Counted from the first letter of the stretch, positions 20,027 through 30,249 are shown. The stretch: DNA of 64,000 bases from an uncultured Clostridia bacterium (GCA_947625665.1 CANQPF010000001.1:2959-66958); one strand, 5' to 3'. The notes: generated by a model not told the origin, from the sequence alone. Numbers and translations are program-made.

Positions 20027-21004
20027 TTATTCCTTTTTTATTTCTTTTTTATTATTATAATGACTTTTTAATAAATCCATTTGCGCTTTTTTTTCATATT
20101 CTTTACAATCTACTTCTTCAATAAGTCCATCTTCAATAGAAAATTTCGCTTTTTTCATTTCAAACTCTCTCATATTAATTTGCTTTTTATTTTTCTTTGT
20201 TATAGCTTTTTTAAATTTCTTATAGTTATCTTTATCCATAAGATAACATTCAAATTCTTTATTACCTATGTTTTTACAATTAATAGGATTAACTATGTTA
20301 GTTTCTTCTCTTGTTTCTTCACTATCAGCTAACATGTCAGGCGTTTCCTTATTGAGATATCTCATCAAATCATGATAACTATCTATTTTACTAACAGATG
20401 GAAATTCTTCATTTTCTACCTTTTTCCATTTATACCTATATTTAGGAACTTTGTCTGTATTTACTTTTACATTTTTAGCATGAAAGCTAACTTGTCCATA
20501 TTCAGGTACATCGAAATATAATACTGTTTTATTATTTCCGTCAGTTCCCCAACCAAAACTATCAAATGGCGGTTCTCCCCACATTTTATTATCTAGCAAA
20601 TATTGTAATAGTGCATTTTTTACTCTGAAAAATTTTCCTGTTCCATCCTTAGCATGAGCCAGTTTATTTACTTTAAAAATTGCTTTAACAATATCTACTT
20701 GTAGTTCTCCTGTAGTTTCATCTTCACATATTATAGCTACTGCTTGATCTATTTTTCCCATTCTAATTTTAGCTGTAACATCACTACATAAATTTTCTGC
20801 TTGCTCTTTTAATCTAATTTTTAAATTTGGAGATTTCTTTTTCTTTTTCTTTTTAGGACTTTTTTTGGCTCTTATGTTATTATTCTGTTTTAGACGTTCA
20901 AGATTCTGATAATACACACCTTCATAATCTAAAAGATAATCATCAATTATATCATTAACTCTATCACGTAATCTTATATTTGCTTTTTTCATTTTATTCA
21001 ACAT
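20027..21004 (-). CDS. Hypothetical Lys-rich protein, translationally coupled to addA
   Basis: 325 aa. Contains KKSPKKKKKKKSP and a central globular region (GELQVDIVKAIFKVNKLAHAKDGTGKFFRV...FGWGTDGNNKTVLYFDVPEYGQVSFH). The stop is 4 nt before the addA start. No recognised family. Confidence 0.5.
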   Translation of the reverse strand: MLNKMKKANIRLRDRVNDIIDDYLLDYEGVYYQNLERLKQNNNIRAKKSPKKKKKKKSPNLKIRLKEQAENLCSDVTAKIRMGKIDQAVAIICEDETTGELQVDIVKAIFKVNKLAHAKDGTGKFFRVKNALLQYLLDNKMWGEPPFDSFGWGTDGNNKTVLYFDVPEYGQVSFHAKNVKVNTDKVPKYRYKWKKVENEEFPSVSKIDSYHDLMRYLNKETPDMLADSEETREETNIVNPINCKNIGNKEFECYLMDKDNYKKFKKAITKKNKKQINMREFEMKKAKFSIEDGLIEEVDCKEYEKKAQMDLLKSHYNNKKEIKKE

Positions 21005-21010
21005 CCTTTT

Positions 21011-21385
21011 TTATTTATTTACTATTTTATTTTCTGGATCAAAATTATTGTATTTCTTAATCAGTTCAAAAGAATATCTTATTATACAATTTGCATCGAT
21101 TTCCGTATAATCATCTTGGTGTTCATAATCATATTTTTCTAAAATGTCTGTTATTTTATCGTATATTTCAGTTATATTCTCATCTTCTATAAAGTTTTCT
21201 CTAAAAATCGGTCCAACTTCAAGGTATTTCTTATAATCTACACCTTTTATATCTAACATTCTTTTGTATATTTCATCATCAATCTTTTCGCATATAAGCA
21301 CCGCAGATGTGTAATCATTCTTTTGTAGTAGTTCATAACTTTTCTTTAAATTTTCAACTATTTCAGCATTTTGCATTTTTATCAC
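21011..21385 (-). CDS. Hypothetical acidic protein
   Basis: 124 aa. The stop is 6 nt upstream of the 325-aa ORF start. No recognised domain. Confidence 0.45.
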   Translation of the reverse strand: MIKMQNAEIVENLKKSYELLQKNDYTSAVLICEKIDDEIYKRMLDIKGVDYKKYLEVGPIFRENFIEDENITEIYDKITDILEKYDYEHQDDYTEIDANCIIRYSFELIKKYNNFDPENKIVNK

Positions 21386-21472
21386 CTTTTCTATATCTAC
21401 TACTTTATTTTTTCTATCTTTTGTTGGACAATTTATTTATAACATATTCTATTTTCATTTTCAACTATTATT

Positions 21473-22615
21473 TTAATCTCCTAAGTTTATTCCTATGTCA
21501 CGTGCAGTTTTCACTAAATCGTGATCCATTGATACTTTTCTTATGTTGCTTTCTGCAGTATTTCCTGAACAAGCACCAATTTCAGTATTTCTACCAACAA
21601 CATCTTCTAATGAAACTGAATCTACTTTTCCGTTTTTCATTACTGCTAATGTTCCAAATTTTCCTTCTAATGCTAGCTCCATTGCTTTAACTCCATATTT
21701 AGTAGATAGTACACGATCAAAAGCTGTTGGCGTTCCTCCTCTTTGCATATATCCCAAAGTTGTATTTCTTGCTTCTAAACCTGTAATTTCCTCAAGTTGT
21801 TTAGCAACAACTTGTCCAACTCCACCTAAACGAGTATTATCAACACCTGATCCATTATTTCTAGTTCCAATAATTGTTAATTTACCGTCCTTTGGTGCTG
21901 CTCCTTCTGCAACTACTACTATACTGAAGTTTTTACCTCTTTTTCTTCTATTATTAATCTTTTCTGCTACTCGATTTATATCATACGGAATTTCAGGTAT
22001 TAACGCAACATCTGCTCCTCCTGCTATTGCTGATTCTAAAGCTATCCATCCAGCATAACGTCCCATAACTTCTAATACCATAATTCTATGATGTGTTTCT
22101 CCTGTTGAATGAAGTCTATCTATTGCATTTGCAGCTACTGAAACTGCTGTATTATATCCAAAAGTAATTTCTGTACATGCAACATCATTATCGATTGTTT
22201 TTGGAACTCCAATAACGTTAATTCCTTTTAAAGATAAATCTCTTGCTGACTTTTGAGTTCCATCTCCTCCTAACGTAAATACACAATCAAATCCTGCATT
22301 TTTCACATTTTGTACGCATACATCTGATAAATCTTTGAATTCAACTGTCCCGTCCTCATGTTTAACTTTATAGTTAAATACATTTGCATTCGTTGATGAG
22401 CCTATTATTGAACCTCCTTTTGGTAAAATTCCAACTGCATCTCCATGTGCATCTGTACTTAACAATTTATAATCATTTTTTAATAGTCCATTATATCCAT
22501 CAATTATTCCATAGCATTCAATTCCTTTATTTTCAGCTGTTTTAACTATTGCTCTTATAACTGCATTAAATCCTGCTACATCTCCTCCATTTGCTAATAT
22601 AGCTACTTTTTTCAA
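21473..22615 (-). CDS. pfkA: 6-phosphofructokinase (PFK-A family, possibly PPi-dependent)
   Basis: Motifs GGDGT (TLGGDGTQ), PKTIDNDV and MGRYAGWIA. 380 aa is longer than ATP-PFKs; this is the only basis for the PPi-dependent suggestion. Confidence 0.9.
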   Translation of the reverse strand: MKKVAILANGGDVAGFNAVIRAIVKTAENKGIECYGIIDGYNGLLKNDYKLLSTDAHGDAVGILPKGGSIIGSSTNANVFNYKVKHEDGTVEFKDLSDVCVQNVKNAGFDCVFTLGGDGTQKSARDLSLKGINVIGVPKTIDNDVACTEITFGYNTAVSVAANAIDRLHSTGETHHRIMVLEVMGRYAGWIALESAIAGGADVALIPEIPYDINRVAEKINNRRKRGKNFSIVVVAEGAAPKDGKLTIIGTRNNGSGVDNTRLGGVGQVVAKQLEEITGLEARNTTLGYMQRGGTPTAFDRVLSTKYGVKAMELALEGKFGTLAVMKNGKVDSVSLEDVVGRNTEIGACSGNTAESNIRKVSMDHDLVKTARDIGINLGD

Positions 22616-22700
22616 TGTTTTTTCCTCCTTAATTTATATATTTTTCTGTCTATATTATACCAATAATTATTTTTTTTACAACAGCTTTTTTATAATTTTT

Positions 22701-23345
22701 TTACTTTATAGCAATATGTATATGTTCTGCTTTTGTATTCATTTCTCTTTCAATAATACTTTGTATTTGAGAAACTTCTTCTTTTTCTAATTCTGTTGTT
22801 CCTACAATTACATTTATGCTATCTCCATTCACAAAAACTATATTGTCTTCAAACCCTTTAGTTTTAATTAGGTTTTCACATATCATTATACTATTTTTTG
22901 TATTATTTATTTTTTGTATTTCTTCAGTTGCAGATTGTTTTTGCTTTTCTTGAGAACTACTACTGTTTAATACATTTTGATATACTTCTATCATTTGAGA
23001 ATACATCTTATCTCTTTCTATTTTTGAATTTTCAAAATAATCATTTGTATTGGCTTCTTGTTGTGTTTCTTTTTGTTCATTATTTTCTTCATTAGAATCT
23101 TGTTTGGCAACACTTGCTACTTCAGCTGGTGCACTTTCTGATACTACATCATTACTATTTACAAGAGCTGCATCTCCTATGTCTGCTACCTGATTTACTG
23201 GATTTATAGTATTAGAACTATTAGTAGATGCACTCGTTTGTTGCACTTCTTCTTTATTGTCTGTGGTATAATTTAAATACCCTGCAGTTATTAGCATTAA
23301 AGCTATAATATAAATAATGGCTTGGTTTCCTTTTAAAAACTTCAT
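22701..23345 (-). CDS. spoIIIAH: Stage III sporulation protein AH
   Basis: N-terminal TM helix, a Q/S/E-rich linker and a C-terminal YscJ/FliF-like domain. It is the last gene of the spoIIIA cluster. Confidence 0.7.
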   Translation of the reverse strand: MKFLKGNQAIIYIIALMLITAGYLNYTTDNKEEVQQTSASTNSSNTINPVNQVADIGDAALVNSNDVVSESAPAEVASVAKQDSNEENNEQKETQQEANTNDYFENSKIERDKMYSQMIEVYQNVLNSSSSQEKQKQSATEEIQKINNTKNSIMICENLIKTKGFEDNIVFVNGDSINVIVGTTELEKEEVSQIQSIIEREMNTKAEHIHIAIK

Positions 23346-23367
23346 GTTTAATTCATCCCTTTCAAAT

Positions 23368-24006
23368 TTAATTCATTTCAAAAACTTGAATTTTATGTGT
23401 TGCCAACCCTGTTGCTGCTTCAACAGCTTGAATTATATTAGTTTTTACATTGGCATTATTTGCACCTTTTGCAGTTATAATTGCACCCTCTATTTTTGGA
23501 TTAACTACTTTTTGCGTTATTGGTATTTTGTTTCCATCATCTTCTTGGTAGACTACTTCTTTTTGAGTATCGTTTTCTTCAATTTTTCTTATTCCTCCTG
23601 ATGTATCTGTTTCTTCTGTTTGACTAACTTTAGAGTTTTCATTATACATAGCAACAGTTTCACTTGTTTCAGAATAATTTATAAAAACATTAACATCTTG
23701 AACCCCTTGAATTTTTTTTAATATTTCTTCTAGTTGAGTTTTCAAATCAACTGTATTATTTGAACCTGTTTCTATTATTTTTTCTTGAGTATTTTCCATA
23801 TTACTTGCCAAATATTTGCTTTTACTACTAGTATTGCTACCAGAAGTACTATTTTTTTTATCATCTCTCAATATTAAATTTATTACAACTATGGTAATTA
23901 TTAGAACTACAATAAAAAAAACTAAATTTTCGACTTTCTTTTTATTGTCTGCTTTTCCTTTCTTACTATCTAACGCTAGAATATTTTTTAATTTATCACC
24001 CAACAT
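23368..24006 (-). CDS. spoIIIAG: Stage III sporulation protein AG
   Basis: N-terminal TM helix plus a C-terminal domain, in the expected position of the operon. Confidence 0.7.
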   Translation of the reverse strand: MLGDKLKNILALDSKKGKADNKKKVENLVFFIVVLIITIVVINLILRDDKKNSTSGSNTSSKSKYLASNMENTQEKIIETGSNNTVDLKTQLEEILKKIQGVQDVNVFINYSETSETVAMYNENSKVSQTEETDTSGGIRKIEENDTQKEVVYQEDDGNKIPITQKVVNPKIEGAIITAKGANNANVKTNIIQAVEAATGLATHKIQVFEMN

Positions 24007-24482
24007 TTTTCACTCACCTCATATTCGTTTTTTAGAAAATTTAACAGCTCTGCTTTTTGTTGTGAACTGTCTAAATCAACTTTTAATATAACTTTATTTA
24101 TCTTCGTGCTATCAGCATCATCTGTTATAGTTGCATCAACCTCACATTTTTTTACTTTATATCCTTGTTCTCCAACTTTCTTTGTAATCTCTTTTTCCAT
24201 TTGCTCTATGTATAATTGTTCTATTCTCCTATTCATTGATTCTTGATTTTTCTCTTCATTAAATGTGGTTGACGATGTCTCCTCATACTGTTCAAGATTT
24301 ATATTTTCAAAATCTATCTTATTCTTTATAAACGGTGATATCATACAAAATAATACATAGGTTCCTAACACCATTTTTATATATTTTTTTGTATTGTTGT
24401 TTGGCAGTATCATTTCTATAATTGAAACTATTACTATAGCAAATCCAATATTTTTAGCCCAGTTGCTTAATAAGTTAACCAT
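23988..24482 (-). CDS. spoIIIAF: Stage III sporulation protein AF
   Basis: Two N-terminal TM helices plus a C-terminal soluble domain; operon position. The 3' end overlaps spoIIIAG. Confidence 0.65.
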   Translation of the reverse strand: MVNLLSNWAKNIGFAIVIVSIIEMILPNNNTKKYIKMVLGTYVLFCMISPFIKNKIDFENINLEQYEETSSTTFNEEKNQESMNRRIEQLYIEQMEKEITKKVGEQGYKVKKCEVDATITDDADSTKINKVILKVDLDSSQQKAELLNFLKNEYEVSEKCWVIN

Positions 24483-24499
24483 TTCTATAGCCTCCTATT

Positions 24500-25651
24500 T
24501 TATCTATACATCATCCCACTATTTGACATTTTTATAACTAAGGTTATTCCTATTATTATCATTACTGAAATTGCACAAAGTATTGCAAAAAATATCTTAA
24601 ATATATCACTCATTTGTTCCAATAAATCAACGATTTTTTTATCTGCTATTGGTTGAGAAAGAGCACAAACCAACTTGTATCCAAACATTATTACCATCAA
24701 CTTTATTAATGGCATAACACAAATTCCAACTACTATTATCACTCCTACTACGCCTACTGCATTCTTTAATACTAAACCACAACCAAGTACTGTATCTACT
24801 GCATCTCCTAATACTTTTCCAACTACTGGTATTGCTGAACTAACTACAGCTTTGGTAGTTTTTGCAGTAATTCCGTCAACACTACTTGAAAGAGTACCTT
24901 CAAGAGAAATAATTCCAACAAAAACTGTAAGTAAGATTCCTAAAAAATTTACAACTCCTGATTTAAAAAATTTACTTATTTTATCAATTTTTATTTGGTC
25001 TGAAATTTTAGATATAACACATAAACTTGTTATAATTAAAACTATTGGTATCACTATTGTTTGAATAATGTTTCCTAAAAAATTTATTATAAACAATATA
25101 ATAGGCTCTAATGCACTACTCGTTGCTATACTTCCAGTAAATAACATCAATGTTACTAATAGTGGCACTAACATATTGATAAATCCTACTAAATTGACAG
25201 TTGCATCTTCTACAATTTTAACAACATTAGAAACATTTGTCATAATTATAGTTACAATCAGAATATATTGAACATAGTAAATAAGTTTAGAAATATTTGA
25301 ATTAGATAAATTTTCACTTATAGCTTTTAAAATACTATGTATTAATATAATTGACATTATACTTACTAATGAAACAATAGTAGTTTTTACTTCTTCTCCT
25401 AATAAATTTAAGATTCTTTTATATATACTAGTGTTATCAACTTTTCCTTTTATTGCGTCGTTCAGAATCTCTTTTATATCTAAACCTTCAAAGAAATCTC
25501 CGGTATATTGTTTAGAATCTTCTATAAAATCATTTATCTTAAAAGTCTCTTGTTGTTCCTCTAGTTCTTCTTGCACTTCAGAATATGAATATGTTTGTGA
25601 TATTACAATTAAAAACATACTTATTACTATTATTTTAATTACTTTTTTCAT
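24500..25651 (-). CDS. spoIIIAE: Stage III sporulation protein AE
   Basis: 383 aa polytopic membrane protein with a signal peptide; operon position. Confidence 0.75.
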   Translation of the reverse strand: MKKVIKIIVISMFLIVISQTYSYSEVQEELEEQQETFKINDFIEDSKQYTGDFFEGLDIKEILNDAIKGKVDNTSIYKRILNLLGEEVKTTIVSLVSIMSIILIHSILKAISENLSNSNISKLIYYVQYILIVTIIMTNVSNVVKIVEDATVNLVGFINMLVPLLVTLMLFTGSIATSSALEPIILFIINFLGNIIQTIVIPIVLIITSLCVISKISDQIKIDKISKFFKSGVVNFLGILLTVFVGIISLEGTLSSSVDGITAKTTKAVVSSAIPVVGKVLGDAVDTVLGCGLVLKNAVGVVGVIIVVGICVMPLIKLMVIMFGYKLVCALSQPIADKKIVDLLEQMSDIFKIFFAILCAISVMIIIGITLVIKMSNSGMMYR

Positions 25652-25676
25652 TTGTACTCCTAAATCAAATTTTGTC

Positions 25677-26063
25677 TTAAGGTAAAATCTTGATTATGAT
25701 TTCTAATAAACTGGATATTATTGGTATTGACATAGCTATAATTATTATCTTGCTTCCAATTTCTATTTTACTCGCTATTGCTCCTTCTCCTGCATCTTGG
25801 CAAATACTAACTGCGAATTCTGCTAAAAAAGCAATTCCTGTTATTTTTAATAACAATCCTAAAAATTGAGTATTTATATTTGTTTTATTTGCTAAATTTT
25901 GAAGTAAACTAACTATTCCAGAAAGTTCGTCCAAAACTAATGTTAAAATGAGTATACCTGCCAAAATACTTGCATAGATTGTATATTCTGGTCTATATTG
26001 TTTTAATATTACAACGATAATTAGTGAAACAAGGGCAACTCCTACTATTTTTATAACTTCCAT
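25677..26063 (-). CDS. spoIIIAD: Stage III sporulation protein AD
   Basis: 128 aa membrane protein with four hydrophobic segments. Confidence 0.7.
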   Translation of the reverse strand: MEVIKIVGVALVSLIIVVILKQYRPEYTIYASILAGILILTLVLDELSGIVSLLQNLANKTNINTQFLGLLLKITGIAFLAEFAVSICQDAGEGAIASKIEIGSKIIIIAMSIPIISSLLEIIIKILP

Positions 26064-26083
26064 TTATATTCCTTCCTTATTTA

Positions 26084-26278
26084 TCATAAATTAAATATTG
26101 TTCTCACAGTTGTAAACAAATTACTAACTTCTTTTATAACCATAGTTAATACTATTATTAATCCTGCAAGTGTTGTCATCATAGCTTGATCTTCACGCCC
26201 AGCTCTTACTAGAACTTGATATAAAACAGCAACTAAAATTCCTATTGCTGCAATTTTAAATAAGAGATTTATATCCAT
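26084..26278 (-). CDS. spoIIIAC: Stage III sporulation protein AC
   Basis: 64 aa protein with two TM helices. Confidence 0.7.
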   Translation of the reverse strand: MDINLLFKIAAIGILVAVLYQVLVRAGREDQAMMTTLAGLIIVLTMVIKEVSNLFTTVRTIFNL

Positions 26279-26289
26279 TTGTTTCCCCC

Positions 26290-26799
26290 TTAAATTAATA
26301 TAACAATTATAGCCATTCCAAGTACAGGAACTAATTTTTTATACAACTTTTCATTTTTTTCTCTTTCTTTTTCTGCTTGATTAATTTGCCTATTTATAAA
26401 TTCTTCTGTTACTGCTATTTGACTTATTTGTCCTTCTAAATCTGTTTGACCAAGAAGTTTAGAAAGTAATTTTATAGTTTGCTTGTCCTCATTATTTAAA
26501 TTATTATCACTATGTTCTACTGCACTCTCCCATGCCATTGATGCTGTTCTATTACTCATTTTTTCTTTAGCATCAGCGAATATATCTCCTATATTATTAT
26601 TCATAGTCATTGAAATTTCTTCAAATACTTCACCTATTGGTTCATAAGTGAATTTTATTTTAGAGTTAAATATGTTTAGTGCATTTTTCATATCCTTTAA
26701 TTCTCTAACTCTATCCACATATTTTTTTGACATAAGTCGTCCTATTATTATAGACGTTAGAAATATTAATATAAATAATATGTATTTTATTAATATCAT
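26290..26799 (-). CDS. spoIIIAB: Stage III sporulation protein AB
   Basis: 169 aa, N-terminal and C-terminal TM helices, GspF-like cytoplasmic domain. Confidence 0.7.
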   Translation of the reverse strand: MILIKYILFILIFLTSIIIGRLMSKKYVDRVRELKDMKNALNIFNSKIKFTYEPIGEVFEEISMTMNNNIGDIFADAKEKMSNRTASMAWESAVEHSDNNLNNEDKQTIKLLSKLLGQTDLEGQISQIAVTEEFINRQINQAEKEREKNEKLYKKLVPVLGMAIIVILI

Positions 26800-26863
26800 T
26801 TGCTATCTCACATCCTTCAAACTTGTTTTATTATATTCTAGTCACATAATATTTAGAACTAAT

Positions 26864-27733
26864 TTATATAAATATAATTTTTTCAATTTGTTTGCTTTTT
26901 ATCAATTTATTTACCTCTACATTCTTTTCCACGTCATCCATATTGCTCCCGTGCATTGTAAAAATTCCCTTTACTCCTGAAATTATTGTTTCTTTAATTG
27001 CCTGAACATCTTCTTTAGAACCAATTTCATCACAAGCTATCACTTGTGGTGCCATTGATCTAATTAACATTTTCATTCCTTTAGATTTACTAACATTACC
27101 AATGATATCAGTTCTTATACCTACATCGTTTTGAGGTATTCCTTTGTATGTAGCAGCTATTTCTCCTCTTTCATCAATAACTCCACACGTTTTTCCTTTA
27201 AATCCTATCTCAGGAATTCCATTACTTATATTTCTTATAGTATCTCTTAATAATGTTGTCTTTCCTTTTCCTGGTGGAGAAACTATTAAAGTATTAAATA
27301 TTGTATTATTTTCTTTATCAATAATTTGCCCTATGACATTTTTACTACAATTTAGTACTTCTCTGGCAATTCTAAAATTAAGACTTGTAATATATTTCAT
27401 ATTTATAATGTCGTTATTCTCTGTAACTACTGTACCAGCAATTCCTACTCTATGTCCTCCCTTAATTGTTAAAAATCCTTCGCATATTTGTTTTTTATAA
27501 GCATAAATGGAATTTTCACACAATTTTTCTAAAGTCTGTAAAACTTCACTTTGATCTATTTTGTAATCTACTATTATATCTTTTTGACTTAGCTTCAAAA
27601 TAATAGGATTATTACAGCGCATTCTAATTTCTTGTAACTGCTTCTCAACATCTGAATTTTGATTTATTATATTTTCAATGTTATTAGATATTATCGTAGG
27701 AAAATATCTCAATACTTCTTTAACACTATTCAT
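26864..27733 (-). CDS. spoIIIAA: Stage III sporulation protein AA (secretion-type ATPase)
   Basis: Walker A VSPPGKGKTTLLRD and Walker B IACDEIG. A GAGGT RBS lies 4 nt upstream of ATG 27733, reading MNSVKEVL. The track's upstream non-ATG start at 27757 is probably leader. Confidence 0.85.
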   Translation of the reverse strand: MNSVKEVLRYFPTIISNNIENIINQNSDVEKQLQEIRMRCNNPIILKLSQKDIIVDYKIDQSEVLQTLEKLCENSIYAYKKQICEGFLTIKGGHRVGIAGTVVTENNDIINMKYITSLNFRIAREVLNCSKNVIGQIIDKENNTIFNTLIVSPPGKGKTTLLRDTIRNISNGIPEIGFKGKTCGVIDERGEIAATYKGIPQNDVGIRTDIIGNVSKSKGMKMLIRSMAPQVIACDEIGSKEDVQAIKETIISGVKGIFTMHGSNMDDVEKNVEVNKLIKSKQIEKIIFI

Positions 27734-27740
27734 TTTTACC

Positions 27741-27791
27741 TCACAAAAAAGAAACATATATTATAATTAATATATGTTTCTCTTTTTTTTT
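27741..27791. terminator. AT-rich palindromic hairpin with T/A runs on both sides, between the 515-aa ORF and spoIIIAA
   Basis: Perfect inverted repeat AAACATATATTA-TAAT-TAATATATGTTT (27752-27779) is flanked by AAAAAA and TTTTTTTTT. It is only about 20 nt upstream of the spoIIIAA RBS. Confidence 0.4.
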
Positions 27792-27796
27792 TAGAA

Positions 27797-29344
27797 CTAT
27801 TCTTCTACTTCTTCTATTTCAACTTCTGAATCAGATTTTGTATCTGGCGAAGTCAATGATGAATTCGAATCAGATATCTCATCTGCTGGTTGGTCAGAAG
27901 TTATACTATTTGATTGATTATATGTCATTATTCCTAAACTTAATATACTTAGTGGCGTTGAATACATTATTGGATTCTGATCTTCTGGTATTCCTGCTTT
28001 TTGCATCAATTGTTCATTTACCATTGTTAATCTTTCTGTCACTAAAGTTAAAAATTTACTAATATTATTTGAATCATAATTTGTTAATAAAGTTACTTGT
28101 CCTTCCGCAAAATCTTCTACTTCTATACTATCTGCAAAGCTAATATTATTATTAAAATTCAATGTATAATTCATTGTCTCTTCTTCTTGAGTTGTATCAA
28201 TTCCAATTTCGTAATTTTCACTAACATTTTGCATATCTGATAATCCTGTATATCCTATATCTATATAAAAGCTCATATTCTGTATATCAGTATTATTCAT
28301 ACTAACAGATATCCTATATTTTATATCACCATTTGCATTTTGTTTATCTATTTTTAATTCTAGTGAACTTTCTTCTCCATTAACTTTCATAATTATTTGA
28401 TTAATCTCTTTTTCTTTTTTGTATATGATAAATTCAAATGTATTTTGGCTTTCTTGTTCACTAATTTCCTCTATCATTTTATCAATATTGTCTGAAGTTA
28501 TTAAATCTTTTGAAGTATCATCTTTCTTAAAAATAGAATTTATTTTACTTAACATCATGTTGTCTGTTTTTAATGTTTGAAGAATTTTAGTTAAAATATT
28601 TTTATAGTCTTCGCTTGATAATATTACTTTATATCCATTACCATCTATTTTAGAAAATTTTTCTTTTGATAATTGTTCATCTATAATTTTAATATAAGTA
28701 TCTTCTATATGTTTTCTCTCTTCTTTAGATATTGTGAAATTCGGATTAAAACCTATATCTTCCACTTTTTCCGTTATATCAATTATAATGTTACTTCCAA
28801 AAGTATTTCCTGAATTTTCTCCTAAAATTTGATTTAATTTATCTAATTCTACTGATATATAATTATTAGATATACAATCTGTTTGAATTCCTGCAGTATT
28901 ACCAACTCTTTTATATTTAACTGGCAAATTAACCTCATCTGAATAATTTAAAGAAATCTCTTGACTTTCTTTTGAATTAGTCTTATCAGTACTTCCGTTA
29001 AAAGTAATATTAAAATTACTAACTTTTTCAGTATCTGTGTTTGGTATATTTATATTACTTGAATAGCTACCTTCATTGGTATATGGAGTTGTTTCTTTTT
29101 TCTCAAAATATTTACTTAAATTTCCTTCCGCTATTCCTTCTTTTTCATCTACTGCTGAAGATAAATATTCCATAAATAATTGCTTATCACTTTTCAATAC
29201 ATCAGTAGCAAAATATAATATTGAAAAAACTATTCCTAAGACAACAATTATAGTAATTAAAACTATTCCAACTATTAGTAAAGTTTTATTTCTTTTTTCA
29301 TTAATATTCATACTACTGTTCATTTTTTCTCTTTTATTTTTCAT
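27797..29344 (-). CDS. Hypothetical membrane-anchored protein with a C-terminal acidic Ser/Asp/Glu-rich tail
   Basis: 515 aa, a single N-terminal TM helix (LLIVGIVLITIIVVLGIVFSILYFA), a long extracytoplasmic region, and a tail ...SDSNSSLTSPDTKSDSEVEIEEVEE. No recognised domain. Confidence 0.5.
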   Translation of the reverse strand: MKNKREKMNSSMNINEKRNKTLLIVGIVLITIIVVLGIVFSILYFATDVLKSDKQLFMEYLSSAVDEKEGIAEGNLSKYFEKKETTPYTNEGSYSSNINIPNTDTEKVSNFNITFNGSTDKTNSKESQEISLNYSDEVNLPVKYKRVGNTAGIQTDCISNNYISVELDKLNQILGENSGNTFGSNIIIDITEKVEDIGFNPNFTISKEERKHIEDTYIKIIDEQLSKEKFSKIDGNGYKVILSSEDYKNILTKILQTLKTDNMMLSKINSIFKKDDTSKDLITSDNIDKMIEEISEQESQNTFEFIIYKKEKEINQIIMKVNGEESSLELKIDKQNANGDIKYRISVSMNNTDIQNMSFYIDIGYTGLSDMQNVSENYEIGIDTTQEEETMNYTLNFNNNISFADSIEVEDFAEGQVTLLTNYDSNNISKFLTLVTERLTMVNEQLMQKAGIPEDQNPIMYSTPLSILSLGIMTYNQSNSITSDQPADEISDSNSSLTSPDTKSDSEVEIEEVEE

Positions 29345-29394
29345 AATTTATCTCTCCTACTCATTCTTCTTCAGTTCATACCATTTTGTTTACT

Positions 29395-30114
29395 TTATTG
29401 CTCCCAGTTATGATATACATTTGCAACATCATCTAATTCTTCTAGGTTGTCAATTAATCTTTCCATTTTTTGTGCAGATTTTTCATCAAGTGCTACTGTT
29501 GTAGTTGGAACCATTTGAACTTCTGCTTCCGCAAATTCCAATTCATTTTCTTCTAATTTTTCTACTACTGCTGTAAAATCAGAAGGATCTGTAACTATTT
29601 CATATATTTCATCCTCAGCTGAAAAATCTTCTGCTCCTGCTTCTAATGCTAACATCATCAATTCATCTTCATCCATTGTTGTTTTTTCTTTTTCGATAAT
29701 TATAACTCCTTTTTTATTGAACATATAAGAAACACATCCTGTTGTTCCTAAGTTTCCTCCTGCTTTACTAAATACATGCCTTACATCTGCCGCTGTTCTA
29801 TTTTTATTATCTGTTGAAGCTTCTATAATTATTGCTACTCCATTTGGTCCATATCCTTCATATACTATTTCTTCATAATTTTCATTGCTTGTTGAAGCTC
29901 TCTTTATAGCATTATTTATTGTATCATTTGGCATATTAGCTGCCTTACATTTTGCAATAACATTTTTTAATTTTGAATTTCCTGCAGGATCTGGTCCACC
30001 TTCTTTTACTGCTATCAATAATTCTCTTCCTAGTTTTGTAAATATTTTTCCTCTTGCTGCATCTGCTTTTCCTTTTTTAGCTTGAATATTGTGCCATTTT
30101 GAATGTCCTGACAT
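29395..30114 (-). CDS. yebC: YebC/PmpR family probable transcriptional regulatory protein
   Basis: [31 protein letters not shown]... A GGAGGA RBS lies 8 nt upstream of the ATG at 30114. The track's longer ORF begins at a non-ATG codon. Confidence 0.85.
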   Translation of the reverse strand: MSGHSKWHNIQAKKGKADAARGKIFTKLGRELLIAVKEGGPDPAGNSKLKNVIAKCKAANMPNDTINNAIKRASTSNENYEEIVYEGYGPNGVAIIIEASTDNKNRTAADVRHVFSKAGGNLGTTGCVSYMFNKKGVIIIEKEKTTMDEDELMMLALEAGAEDFSAEDEIYEIVTDPSDFTAVVEKLEENELEFAEAEVQMVPTTTVALDEKSAQKMERLIDNLEELDDVANVYHNWEQ

Positions 30115-30249
30115 GTTAAATTCCTCCTTCATTTTCATCATATATATTAATATTAAATTTATCCAATAATATTCTAGCATACTTTTTTCTTTTTGTGTAG
30201 GCTTTTACAGTATTTTAATTAAGTTTTATTAGAATTCATAGTTGTCTAC

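Noticed and set aside
21543-22058. 171-aa plus-strand ORF
   Set aside because: It is antisense to the pfk gene, a conserved enzyme with strong motif support. Its composition is Pro/Ser/Thr-rich and typical of reverse-strand artefacts.
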